Of a DNA stretch of 38,260 nucleotides, positions 1 to 11,616 are shown in pieces. A program made the translations under genes and the position numbers. Numbering within the stretch: position 1 is the first letter of the stretch; each line of letters starts with the position of its first letter. The stretch is taken from positions 51,399,038 to 51,437,297 of the forward strand of contig NC_068999.1 in the NCBI RefSeq assembly GCF_001194135.2, read 5' to 3'. The DNA comes from Octopus bimaculoides. Taxonomy: Eukaryota. Below the pieces are notes generated by a model, which was given only the letters and a program-made list of their open reading frames with translations, ran no database searches and had not been told where the DNA came from.

Positions 1-332
1 TATATATATATATACGAGTACGTAAACACACTAGCCTATGGAGAATTTCTTGATTTCAGCAAATATTTATTCTTATAAACGTCTCCTAATATAGTTTAGT
101 TTTGTTTCTTTCGTTCACGTAATTTTACTTCTCTGTGAATGAAGGAAAAACAAAATGCTATCAACTTATGCAAAGTATTGAATAACATTTAGATGTTACA
201 TAACGGAATAATATATAATTGAATATATTCTGATAAATGCGTTTTCACATATAGCTGTTGGGTATAAAAATCACATTCGTTTTAGCATACGGACATATTT
301 GCGTGTGCTTGTGTGTGAGTGTGTGTGTTTGT

Positions 333-507
333 TGGCGCAAACATAGTTGTGTGGTAAGAACGTTGCATGGTAACCACATCATTCTGAGTTCCATCCTGCT
401 GTGTGACGTTTGGATGGTTAGTCTTCTACCATAGCCCCGATCCGAGCAAAGTGCTGTGACTGGATTCGGTAGATGGAAACAGAAAGAAGCTTATCATACA
501 TACGAGC
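333..507 (+). mobile_element. tRNA-derived SINE, family A (CORE-type, OR1/OR2-like), degenerate 5' half
   Basis: Head GGCGCAAACATAGTTGTGTGGTAAG, then GTCTTCTACCATAGCCCCG and GGTAGATGGAAACAGAAAGAAGC; aligns by eye with the copies at 14637, 21715 and 34690. Family name from recall. Confidence 0.8.
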
Positions 508-992
508 GTTTTTTTCTCTCTATTTTCTTCATTTTTTTCATTTTTTTATATATTATATTTTTCATTTTTTTCATTTTTTACTTTTTTGTAAAAGACATTT
601 TCATTCTCCCTCTACTTGAAAATTTGCCATGCAATGAAAGCCGGTTAGAAATCTATATTAAAATATGCCTTCAGTTTAGCATTCTGCCTTATTATTAGTT
701 TTCATTTTCCTATTATTTCTCCACGTGCGGTTAACACAACCCCACTATTTACTGACTTATATATATATATATATATATATACATGGTGGTGGTGGTGGTG
801 GTAAAAAGATTGTTCCTACACTCCGAAATAATTTAATCTAAATCTACCATTTTCTTCTTGGTTAGTAATGTTTTCAAGGCAGGCGATGGTCTTCAGCGTC
901 CCAGCCACTACGAATGCCATGGCAAACTCCCACCACACCTTTTGTTTTTCAAGCATAGAAATTGTAGACATGTTAAGTAAAATTCTTGTTTA

Positions 993-1131
993 CTAACTAC
1001 AGACCACGGAATTAAAACATCCGTATTTTTCTTCATAGGGAGACAGACTGAGAGTCTGTAGACGTTCACTTTCCAACGACCGGCTTAGATACCATAAACA
1101 AACATATTTTGGAGCTTCTTCGGAGAAATTT
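993..1131 (-). CDS. Candidate terminal exon of an unknown host gene (speculative)
   Basis: Minus-strand acceptor TGTACCTATGTTTCCAG| followed by an open frame NFSEEAPKYVCLWYLSRSLESERLQTLSLSPYEEKYGCFNSVVCS*. No recognisable homology. Confidence 0.15.
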
Positions 1132-1190
1132 CTGGAAACATAGGTACACAAACGTATGAAGCAACAGTGTTTACGATCAGTACAATACAG

Positions 1191-1193
<3 letters not shown>

Positions 1194-1273
<80 letters not shown>
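1194..1273. repeat. (AAT)n microsatellite
   Basis: About 26 perfect AAT units read directly; source of the poly-N, poly-L and poly-Y ORFs. Confidence 0.98.
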
Positions 1274-1275
<2 letters not shown>

Positions 1276-1460
1276 GCAAACATAATTTTCTTATGGTTTC
1301 TTAAACATTCACTTGAACAAAACTGTACAAATCCAAATATATGGTACCCTAGGCATAACACCTACATGAACTTCTAACTTGTTGTCTCTTGAGGTCTCTG
1401 GGTGAGACTTGGATCCAACTTGTACAAATGCAAAACAAAAGTCAAACATAAAATAATAAT
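1274..1460 (+). mobile_element. Probable 3' terminal fragment of a non-LTR retrotransposon (R4/Dong-like) with (AAT)n tail
   Basis: TTGTCTCTTGAGGTCTCTGGGTGAGACTTGGATCCAACTTGTACAAATG...CATAAAATAATAAT runs into an AAT tail at the gap. It resembles the 3' UTR of an abundant octopus LINE (recall); no coding part is present. Confidence 0.55.
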
Positions 1461-2910
1461 NNNNNNNNNNNNNNNNNNNNNNNNNNNNNNNNNNNNNNNN
1501 NNNNNNNNNNNNNNNNNNNNNNNNNNNNNNNNNNNNNNNNNNNNNNNNNNNNNNNNNNNNNNNNNNNNNNNNNNNNNNNNNNNNNNNNNNNNNNNNNNNN
1601 NNNNNNNNNNNNNNNNNNNNNNNNNNNNNNNNNNNNNNNNNNNNNNNNNNNNNNNNNNNNNNNNNNNNNNNNNNNNNNNNNNNNNNNNNNNNNNNNNNNN
1701 NNNNNNNNNNNNNNNNNNNNNNNNNNNNNNNNNNNNNNNNNNNNNNNNNNNNNNNNNNNNNNNNNNNNNNNNNNNNNNNNNNNNNNNNNNNNNNNNNATA
1801 TCACTGTATACATATGTAATTATATTGACTATATGGATATGCATATAAGATAACGCGTATGTATTTATGTTATAGTAAATATATGCGTGGGCTTTTGAAA
1901 GTACATACTTGTGTATGTATGTGTGTATGTATATATATAGAGAGAGACAGAGAGAGAGAGAGAGATTTCTACACACACGCACACACACACACACACACAC
2001 AGACATATATCTTTAAGTGTGTTCGTGTATGTGAAAGCAAGCCATTCGCTTACTCGCAGGCAATAAAACTTATTCAAACTTTTATCACCGAGAATCAATT
2101 GTTTCTTTGAGGGGTAGTTCTCAAAAGAGAATATGTTCGGCAGAAAATAGCTTACACACGCCACAATAAACAGAAAGTCATTTAGGCAACACCAGCAACA
2201 ACGACGTCGACGACCACGACACTACCGAGAGAAAAAAAGACAGGAAAAAGAAATACAACCTGAAGATTGCCTTAGCAAATACTAACATTAATCTCAGGAC
2301 TTGTTTTTACATTGTATTTCATCACACAAAAACTAACAAAACGTTTAAAGATATACGCGAAGACCCAAAGCTCTAACAATTTCTCAATTAACGTATGTAC
2401 GACGGTTACTGCTGATGTCGTTATTGCTGTTGTTGTTGGTGTTGTTTATTTTTGGTTTTAGAGTATTTGTTTTCTTATCAGTTTTATACGTTTTTTCTTT
2501 TGTTTTCGAACTCCTTCTCTTTCCTTCTTCTCTTTTCTGTTTTCTTTTTTCAATTTATTTTACGCCCAATCTTTTTTTCTATGTCTACATTAGAAATTTA
2601 TATCAATTATTGATGTTGTTGTTATTTACTTCATTTGTCATTTTCTTTTGTTTTTCGTTTTCTCTGCAGCGTTTTTTTTTTTATTCTCCTTTTGTTTTAT
2701 TCAGTAATGTTTTCTTTTTTTATGATTTTGTAAATCTTTATTTTGCTTGTGGAGGTGGGACGGATGTTGGTTGTTAGTGAGGGTGGTCGTATTACAATAG
2801 AACTGCGGAACAGCAATTTGTAGATTTTATAGTATGGTATGATTATGTTAAGCTTCTCTGATTTTCTTGTATAAACAGTACTACAGTCTAGCCATCTTCA
2901 TGGCATTTAC

Positions 2911-3044
2911 ATCTTAACGGACTCGTCCTTAGAGCTATAGGCAATAAGCACAGAGCGTAAAGAATTTAATCCTTCAGCATTGACTGAGACTGTAGCTGAC
3001 ACAGACGTTGAAAAGTCTGTCTCAACTAATGTTTCCTCTTTCAA
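2911..3044 (-). CDS. Candidate internal exon (speculative)
   Basis: AG| (weak pyrimidine tract) LKEETLVETDFSTSVSATVSVNAEGLNSLRSVLIAYSSKDESVK |GTAAAT; 134 nt open frame. Confidence 0.13.
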
Positions 3045-3261
3045 CTAACGACTAAGTTAACCTCACCTACTGAACTACATAAAGATTAAATTGTACCCAT
3101 AGTATAATCCATATTTTATGACTCCCATCTCTTCAATACTATAAATATTGTGCGTATTAAATCTCGTGCCATTACGTTCAGATTTCAATGCTTGATGAGG
3201 TTTAATTTTGCTTGCCTTTCATCACTCGATTTTTGGTGTAAAGTACATCCTTGAAATATTG

Positions 3262-3500
3262 GTTCCAATTTTTGGCACAAAGCCAACAATTTTAGGGCAA
3301 GGAGTAAGTCGATTACATCAACCCCAGTGTTCAAATGGTAACTGGTATTTATTTTATTGACGCCGAAAGGATGAAAGGCAAAGTCGATGTCAGTGGAATT
3401 TGAATTCACAACGTAAAGACGGAAGAAATAACGCGAAGCTAACGATTCTGCTAACGATTCTGCCAGCTCTGCTAACGATTCTGCCAGCTCGCCGCCTTAT
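3262..3500 (-). mobile_element. tRNA-derived SINE, family B (Meta-domain-like), full length
   Basis: Reverse complement reads AAGGCGGCGAGCTGGCAGAATCGTTAGC (A-box region), TGAATTCAAATTCC (B-box-like) and ACTTTGCCTTTCATCCTTTCGGCGTCAATAAAATAAATACCAG (central domain). Confidence 0.9.
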
Positions 3501-3515
3501 ATCTTTGAAATATTG

Positions 3516-3709
3516 CTTTCAAATTTTTGCACAGGGCCAGCAATATTGAGGCAGGGGTTACATTAATCCCAGAGATTAACTAGTATTTGTTTTATCGACC
3601 CCGAAATGATAAAAGGCGAAGTCGAACCCGGTGGAATTTGAATTCAGAGCGTAAGGACGGACGAAATACCGTAAAGAGTGCTAACGATTCTACTACCTCA
3701 CTGCCTTCC
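3516..3709 (-). mobile_element. SINE family B, second tandem copy
   Basis: Same motifs (GGCGAAGTCGAACCCGGTGGAATTTGAATTCAGAGCGTAAGGACGG...GCTAACGATTC on + strand), directly adjacent to the first copy. Confidence 0.88.
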
Positions 3710-3842
3710 ATCTTTGAAATATTGAAGATCGATTCAATCGACAAACCATATCTTTATTAATTTCCAGAATATAAAAGAAAGTATTTAAGAAAAGTAATTA
3801 ATAATGTAAATTAATCTGGTATCGTTTCGAATATAAGCTTAC

Positions 3843-3893
3843 CAAGTGTTCGATTAATTGAACTGTCTGCTCATTGAATGATAATATATGTAG
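3843..3893 (-). CDS. Candidate internal exon (speculative)
   Basis: GTCTTCAG| 51 nt |GTAAGC; only one frame is open, LHILSFNEQTVQLIEHL (phase 0-0). Confidence 0.2.
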
Positions 3894-4199
3894 CTGAAGA
3901 CTTTAAAGACCAGTGTACCGTTAATGTAAATCTCGGTTAGAAGCAGTGGGACATGGTACGTGATAAAGTGGCCTTTTGAACTTCAGATAAATTCAGTTCC
4001 CCATTGTCTGCTCCATTTCACTCGCAATGCTTTGGGTTCGAATCGAGATTTTGGCCGAAGTGATTTTTAAACATTTTAATCCAATTTGTAGAGGCTGTTG
4101 TCTCAAGGTGCCGTCCAGTTGGGTTCTTCTCGAAACATCGCGATTGCGAAACGAGCATATTAACACTGCTTACATTCTATAGTATGTTTGCACATAAAT

Positions 4200-4960
4200 A
4201 CTAAGGCACACACACATACTTCTCTCTGTCTGACTCTCTCCCCGTTTCTCTCTTCTGTCTGTCTCTTTCTCTCTTTTTCTCTCTCTCTCTCTTTCTCTTT
4301 CTCTTTCTCTCTGTCTTTCTCTCTCTCTACTAATCCGTCTTTGTCTACCTGTCTATCTATGTATCTCTCACACAGGAAACGATCGTACAAAATATTTTGC
4401 TGATGTTACGATACAAACTATTGATCGCCATCCAGCTGGTTTCCTATAACATTATCACTGAGCTCTGTCTTTCTCTCCACCTCTCTTTCTCTTCTTCAAT
4501 CTCTCTCTTTCACTCCCTCTTTCTCTCTCTTTTTTTCACTTCCTCACTCTCTATCATTTTTAATCTCTAACTCACTTTCTCAGACTCTCAGTCTCTCTCT
4601 CTCTTTCTCTATCTCTCTCTCTCTCTCTTTCTCTCCCTCTGTCACTCCCTCTCTCTCTCTCTCTCTCATTTTCTCTGTCTCAATCATTGTCTCGCGCTTT
4701 AACTCTCTAACACACTTTCTCAGACTCCCAGTCTCTTTCTCTATGTTTCTCTCAGCTTCTCTCTCTCTTTCTCTTACACCTCTCATTCTCTCTCTCTCTC
4801 TTCTACTCACCTATTTCTCTCTTCTTCTCTGTCTCTCTCACTGTCTTTCTCTCTCGCTGTCTTTCTCTCTCACTCTCTAACTCACTTTCTCAATCTCTTA
4901 GTCGCTCTCTCTCTCTCTCTCTGTCCCTTTGTCTCTATTTCTCTCTCCTTCTCTCTATCT
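4200..4960. repeat. Long CT-rich low-complexity, polypyrimidine tract
   Basis: Degenerate (CT)n/(CTTT)n; gives the E/R/K-rich spurious ORFs on the minus strand. Confidence 0.95.
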
Positions 4961-5665
4961 ATCCACCTATATAACTGTCCACCAACCTATCTATCTATTC
5001 CGTATGTTCTCTATACAGATAATATAATACCGATAGGATAATTATATAGCTGTCTATCAAAATGAGATAATGGCATGCATTAAGGCACACGTGTGCAGTG
5101 TATTCTTCGCATTGACAAGCTATTTTCGGAGATTTACAGTTCTAAATTCAAGTCTTGTCAATGAATAATTCATAAACCCAGCTTGGTTTTAATAAATGAA
5201 CAATTTTATTCACCTCGAAGTTCTTGATACACTGCCCCATATTTAATGCTGCAAGGAACAAGCAAGCACAACATTAAAACACTACCCATATATCCTGTAT
5301 TTATCATGTCTCCGGAAACATTATTCCCCAAACGGTATCCAAAAGTCACTACCTCACAGCATAGGTTTTAGAAACAGGCACAAACCTACAGCAATACAAA
5401 CACGTCATTAACGGCAGAAAATTTTATAGGACCTGCAGAGATAAGAACCTCTTTACTTTCTACTCTGCGGAAGAAAATGTTTAAAAAGCACGCATGCACA
5501 TGCGCATGCACATGCGCATGCAAATATATGCGTGAGGGGATATATCTGTGTGCATGTGCATGTGCATGTGTGTACGAGTATGTATGTATGCGTATATCTT
5601 TTATCTTCTCTCTTTTACTTTTTTGTGTTAATGTGTTATCATCTTTGCTCTGTACTTTGTGTATG

Positions 5666-5760
5666 AAATGGGTCGATTTGTTCGACTAAAACCCTTCAAG
5701 GTGGTGCTCCAACATGGCCGCAGTGAAATGACTGAAACAAATAAAAGAATAAAAGAAAAG
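5666..5760 (+). mobile_element. SINE family A, 3' tail fragment
   Basis: GGGTCGATTTGTTCGACTAAAACCCTTCAAGGTGGTGCTCCAACATGGCCGCAGTGAAATGACTGAAACAAATAAAAG matches the 3' end of the copy at 21715-22075. Confidence 0.9.
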
Positions 5761-6310
5761 CCCCCAACTAAACTCCGAATACTTGTGTTCAATACATTTT
5801 TCGAGAAGTGAACTGCACGTGACATAACTCATCATTAGACTACACTACGAAAAAAATTCAAAGTGCTTTTAACGACGAGATAGGAAAACTTCATAAGACA
5901 GCAACATCCAAAAAAATTTTTAATATAAAATTTGTGGAGGGTTAGGGCCTCGAACGAAGAAACAATAACAAAGTGGACGTACAGATTAAACAATCGTCGA
6001 AGACAAACCTTAAGAGCCGTTAACCCAATCACTCGAACTCTATAAACCACTTTATTTTTTCATATTTTTGAACGAGCTACTTCCATATGTGTAACTGCTT
6101 TCCCAAACAAAATTGCAGTTCATTTTTGAAGCCATAAAAAAGCTACGATGTGGTACACATGCATTCAGCTCTGAGTGCACTACATCTCATAGCAGAAACA
6201 CCTGTAAGCTAATGAAGTGCATTGGATAACCTCCCGTTCCTTTGCAATTTATTTAAATTCATATACACACACATTCTCTCTCTCTCTCTCAAACACACAC
6301 ACACATATAT

Positions 6311-6367
<57 letters not shown>

Positions 6368-7285
6368 AGTAAATACATATACACATACATACTTACGCAT
6401 ATATATATAACATAAATAAATATAAATACATATACATACATACGAATATATATATATATACATATACATATATAAATACATACCTACATAAATGCATACA
6501 TACATACATACGTACATACACAAATACACACATATGTGCGTGTATATTTACACATACACCTACAGGCATATATAGGTGCATAATTGAATACATCTTTAGA
6601 AACGTAATTGTCTTTTTCTTTCTTTCGAAATTATATCTATCTTATTTCCGTTTTCTTTATTACCATTGTAAAACGGGTAACATGAAAGAAATAACAAAAT
6701 CATTTCTGAGCAAGAACAAAATAAATTACTATAATAAATGTAAACTACAACGAAACGCATAATTCTTAAATTGGAAAAGCAAAATGTTAAAAACAATTTG
6801 GAGCCTTAACATAAATTTCAAGTTTTATCTCAATGATAAAATATTTTTTCCGACTATTTTGGTATTATGAAGAATAACTTTTTTTTCTAAAATATAGATA
6901 ACACATTTATCTCAGATTTCGGTAAATGTGGAATTATTTTCTACCGACACCTGTGGCTCATATATAAATGCTCTGAATTTAAAGAAAAAGAAGTGTGTAT
7001 GTATTCCTCTGTGTGTGTGCGCGCGTGTACGTAGATGTGAGCTTGTGTGTGTTTGTATATACGTGTGTGACTATGTACATATATATGTATATATGTATAT
7101 ATATGTACATGTATATGTATGTATATATACATACATACATATATNNNNNNNNNNNNNNNNNNNNNNNNNNNNNNNNNNNNNNNNNNNNNNNNNNNNNNNN
7201 NNNNNNNNNNNNNNNNNNNNNNNNNNNNNNNNNNNNNNNNNNNNNNNNNNNNNNNNNNNNNNNNNNNNNNNNNNNNNNNNNNNNN

Positions 7286-7320
<35 letters not shown>

Positions 7321-7837
7321 AACACACACAGACACCCGCCCAACACACACACACACACAAACAGACCACCCAGCACACACTTACGCATACGCACGAACAC
7401 ATATACTCTCTATCGTTATGTATCCTGGATTAAAACGCGGAAACAGCAATATTTAACTGGAAAATTATTTGATTAAATGCTCACTATGCAATTCTTTTTT
7501 ATTTGTTTTTTTCTCTTTTTTCTGCTTTGTTTTTTACGTATTTATATTGTGATGAACGCATTCGCTACCACGATTCAATCAATTTTTTTGACGCCATTTA
7601 ACCCTGAAATAGTCATCACTGCTTGTTACCGAATGACAAAAATCGTAGGAAATGTAATGCTTAGGGTTTAGTAAAAAAAGGTTTGTAGCTAGAGATTTGT
7701 GAAATATCTATAGTAATATGGAGATGGAAACTGAAGAACGGGCTTGGATTTGTTGAAACGTGACTTTTATTATACAAGAAGCCTGTGATACCACTACACC
7801 AAGCAGAACTGCATAAAGAAACTTTTACCTCCATGGG

Positions 7838-8085
7838 GTGGGGTTGAACTCAGTAAGAAAAGAACTGAATCAAATACCGCAAGAAACTTATGTTCAACGC
7901 TCTAACGGTCCCGTCAGTCTGCTGCCCTTGGTGTGTTGAAATAAACGTTTTGTATTTTAAGCACAAGACCTGCCATTTTAATGGGAGGTGGAGGGAGGTG
8001 ATTTCATTGACTCCACTATTTGTTATCGATCCCGAAAGAATGTCATGTTATTTTGACCTCGACGAGATCTAGATTCAGAACGTAT
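7838..8085 (-). mobile_element. Two degenerate SINE family B fragments
   Basis: GTTGAACTCAG...AACGCTCTAACGGTCCCGTCAGTCTGCTGCCCTT (head) and GCACAAGACCTGCCATTTT...ATCGATCCCGAAAGAATG...TTTGACCTCGACGAG (body/tail). Confidence 0.65.
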
Positions 8086-8409
8086 GGAGCATGAACTCGC
8101 GGCCCGTCGACGTCATTTAACTCAAAGAGACCCTGACGACGTACCGAATGGATTCTGTCTGAAGTCCTCAACCATCAACCGTAACCATATTCATTCATTC
8201 ACTCATTCGTTCAATTAACTATGTGATGTTATGGAGATGCAGCTGCTATTTCTAGCAGGTTGAAAACTCCTTTACAGATCCTCCCACCGTGATTTTGTTT
8301 CGTTTGCGAGTGATACATTAGGTTGTATGTATTCCTGTATAAGAGGGCAAATTAGCTGGTAGTAATGAGATTCGAAGTGTGTGACCAAAGCGACAAAACT
8401 AGACACCAC

Positions 8410-8942
8410 AATCAATTTAAACCGGCTTCTGAAAGCTTTCGAATACCTGTCTGGCTGTCTGCGTGTGCAGCATGATGCAGGGTTTCGTCACCAAACAGAG
8501 GGTCCTTCAGCAGCCAGCCTCTTCACCCAGGGTAGCACTACCACCTCCAGGCACTTTATGTTGAATCTGCAGCCGTATGGGCAGATGAATGGAGGCATAA
8601 CATCGCCCTCACTAGTGATCACTGCAAACAACATGATGTTGACTGGATATTTGGTTTCTATCACTCTCGGTACATGTCCTGAGATTGCCCTATCCTCAGA
8701 TTGACACCCAAACACTCTGAAATGTTCGTATTGGAGCTTCCGGCGCAAATGACACGGAGTACGCGAATGACAGGGGATGCCAAATTACTGGCAGAGTGAA
8801 TTGCGTCATCATGCTGTTTTTCTCACAGACGATGTCCAACTGACCCTACTATACTGTGAAGTAGACAAAACTAAAAACAAACAATGCACGTGCGCGAAAT
8901 TAAAATTATAAAATTGCAACAATTTACCCATCGCACATTGTA
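8410..8942 (-). mobile_element. Internally deleted Tc1/mariner-superfamily DNA transposon (maT/DD37D-like), left end plus transposase fragments
   Basis: Minus strand begins TA-CAATGTGCGATGGGTAAATTG (TIR-like), then MTQFTLP, AGSSNTNISECLGVNLR (HTH start) and VPRVIETKYPVNIMLFAVITSEGDVMPPF...LEVVVLPWVKRLAAEGPSVW* (central DDE region), with frameshifts and a stop. Confidence 0.85.
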
Positions 8943-9414
8943 TATATACATATATACGACGAGCTTTTTTGAGTTTTCGTCTNNNNNNNNNNNNNNNNNN
9001 NNNNNNNNNNNNNNNNNNNNNNNNNNNNNNNNNNNNNNNNNNNNNNNNNNNNNNNNNNNNNNNNNNNNNNNNNNNNNNNNNNNNNNNNNNNNNNNNNNNN
9101 NNNNNNNNNNNNNNNNNNNNNNNNNNNNNNNNNNNNNNNNNNNNNNNNNNNNNNNNNNNNNNNNNNNNNNNNNNNNNNNNNNNNNNNNNNNNNNNNNNNN
9201 NNNNNNNNNNNNNNNNNNNNNNNNNNNNNNNNNNNNNNNNNNNNNNNNNNNNNNNNNNNNNNNNNNNNNNNNNNNNNNNNNNNNNNNNNNNNNNNNNNNN
9301 NNNNNNNNNNNNNNNNNNNNNNNNNNNNNNNNNNNNNNTATATATATATATATATATGCATACACATATCCATGTATATACGCATATATACACACATATA
9401 ATGAAGGAAAATAC

Positions 9415-9515
9415 CTGACCAAATGCAATATACTTCGCTTCCAGCAGAGCACTTCCACGAGGGTAGTCGTGTGCACAGAAGTTGCAACAACCAAATATCG
9501 GTAGAATAAGTATAG
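9415..9515 (-). CDS. Candidate internal exon of an unknown host gene
   Basis: Strong polypyrimidine acceptor TTTTCCTTTTATTTCCCTTTTTATATATTAG| and donor CAG|GTATTT bound a 101 nt, more GC-rich island. All three frames are open (e.g. ILILPIFGCCNFCAHDYPRGSALLEAKYIAFGQ); no homology recognised. Confidence 0.3.
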
Positions 9516-10587
9516 CTAATATATAAAAAAGGGAAATAAAAGGAAAAAAGCAAAATTGCTTGAAAACCTATGAAAGAGAAATACCAATGAGATATATTCG
9601 AAAGCTTGAAGAGTAAAAACAAAAAAGAACTAACAAAGACTCAACGAAGCTATTTAGCAGCTAAAAACCAATATTACTAGCAGCAAATGATAGATGCATC
9701 AGTCATGATATGATATGAATAATAAATATATTATTGGCTCCCCAAATCACGTTCAATGCGGCTCGATCGGCCTTTTCTTATTCTCTCTATTCTGTAACAA
9801 AAAATATTGAAAAAAAAAGTGAACAAAATGAATAAAAAAAAAATGAAAAGTGAAACAAAAATAAAATCAACTCCAACAATATTCACGAAATAAATGTTCT
9901 ATTTTGACTAATGATTCTAATATATCTGCAGATAACTAGAACGCTTTGCAGAAATAATTATCCCGAAATGTATTAAACATTGCATGTATCATGAAGTCAC
10001 AATTTTTTTTTTGTATTCTCTTTTTCTTTTCTTACATATGCATACATATACACGCACATATATGTATGTGCATANNNNNNNNNNNNNNNNNNNNNNNNNN
10101 NNNNNNNNNNNNNNNNNNNNNNNNNNNNNNNNNNNNNNNNNNNNNNNNNNNNNNNNNNNNNNNNNNNNNNNNNNNNNNNNNNNNNNNNNNNNNNNNNNNN
10201 NNNNNNNNNNNNNNNNNNNNNNNNNNNNNNNNNNNNNNNNNNNNNNNNNNNNNNNNNNNNNNNNNNNNNNNNNNNNNNNNNNNNNNNNNNNNNNNNNNNN
10301 NNNNNNNNNNNNNNNNNNNNNNNNNNNNNNNNNNNNNNNNNNNNNNNNNNNNNNNNNNNNNNNNNNNNNNNNNNNNNNNNNNNNNNNNNNNNNNNNNNNN
10401 NNNNNNNNNNNNNNNNNNNNNNNNNNNNNNNNNNNNNNNNNNNNNNNNNNNNNNNNNNNNNNNNNNNNNNNNNNNNNNNNNNNNNNNNNNNNNNNNNNNN
10501 NNNNNNNNNNNNNNNNNNNNNNNNNNNNNNNNNNNNNNNNNNNNNNNNNNNNNNNNNNNNNNNNNNNNNNNNNNNNNNNNNNNNNNN

Positions 10588-10618
<31 letters not shown>

Positions 10619-11355
10619 TGTATATTCCATAGATTGCATAGATTCTATTTCCCATAATTTCTCTGAGCTTTCAAAGTAATTTCATGCTTCGAAGATGTTC
10701 TCTTATTATCAAGCTAGACACAGATAACTGGTCGGTTTTAATTATTATTCCGTGGAGCTAGTTGCTTCGTCCCTTATTAACTAGCTACTTTGCTTGATTC
10801 CGTTATCATTAAGACCATTTACATCGTTATAATGTTTCCATATTCAATATTACAATAGACATATACAAACGCCAAACACACGCTCGCACACACGCACAAA
10901 CACACACGCACAAACACACACGCGCATACACACATACACACACACGCACGTACACACACACACAAATATACACACTCACTCACACGCACTCACACATGCA
11001 CACACGTATACATACACCTAGATCTTTCTATACAGAGACATATATTCATGTAGATTACGATCAGTAAACATTCAGACACATAACGAGCAAGTGAGATATA
11101 TCTGCATATATAATGTTGGATATATAAATTACACACACACACACATATGTATATATATATGTACGTATGTATCTATGTATGTATTTGTGTATATTAGTGT
11201 TCTACTATATGCACGCAAATCTGTGAGTCAGTACATATGCAGACACATACAAACGCACCACATGACCACTAATATATTGATATATTCCTCCGCATTAAAT
11301 ATATTCATGTCCATAAAAATACAGGAATTTTAATATATATATATAATATATATAC

Positions 11356-11396
<41 letters not shown>

Positions 11397-11585
11397 ACAC
11401 ATGTGTATGTATTATGTATGTATGTATATATATATATATGTATCTATATATGTATGTGTATACATATATGCGGTGTGTGTGCATGTGTGTGTATGTACGT
11501 ATTTATAAATGAATGTACGCCTGTATAAATATCTATACACACACAAACAAGCACACACACAAGCAGGCAAACACATACATATAAG

Positions 11586-11616
<31 letters not shown>

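Noticed and set aside
1085-1377. Poly-Y, poly-L and poly-N ORFs
   Set aside because: Three readings of one (AAT)n microsatellite.
5830-6250. Complex segment that may be another interspersed repeat
   Set aside because: No TIR, tail or coding motif could be shown from this window alone, so it was not annotated.
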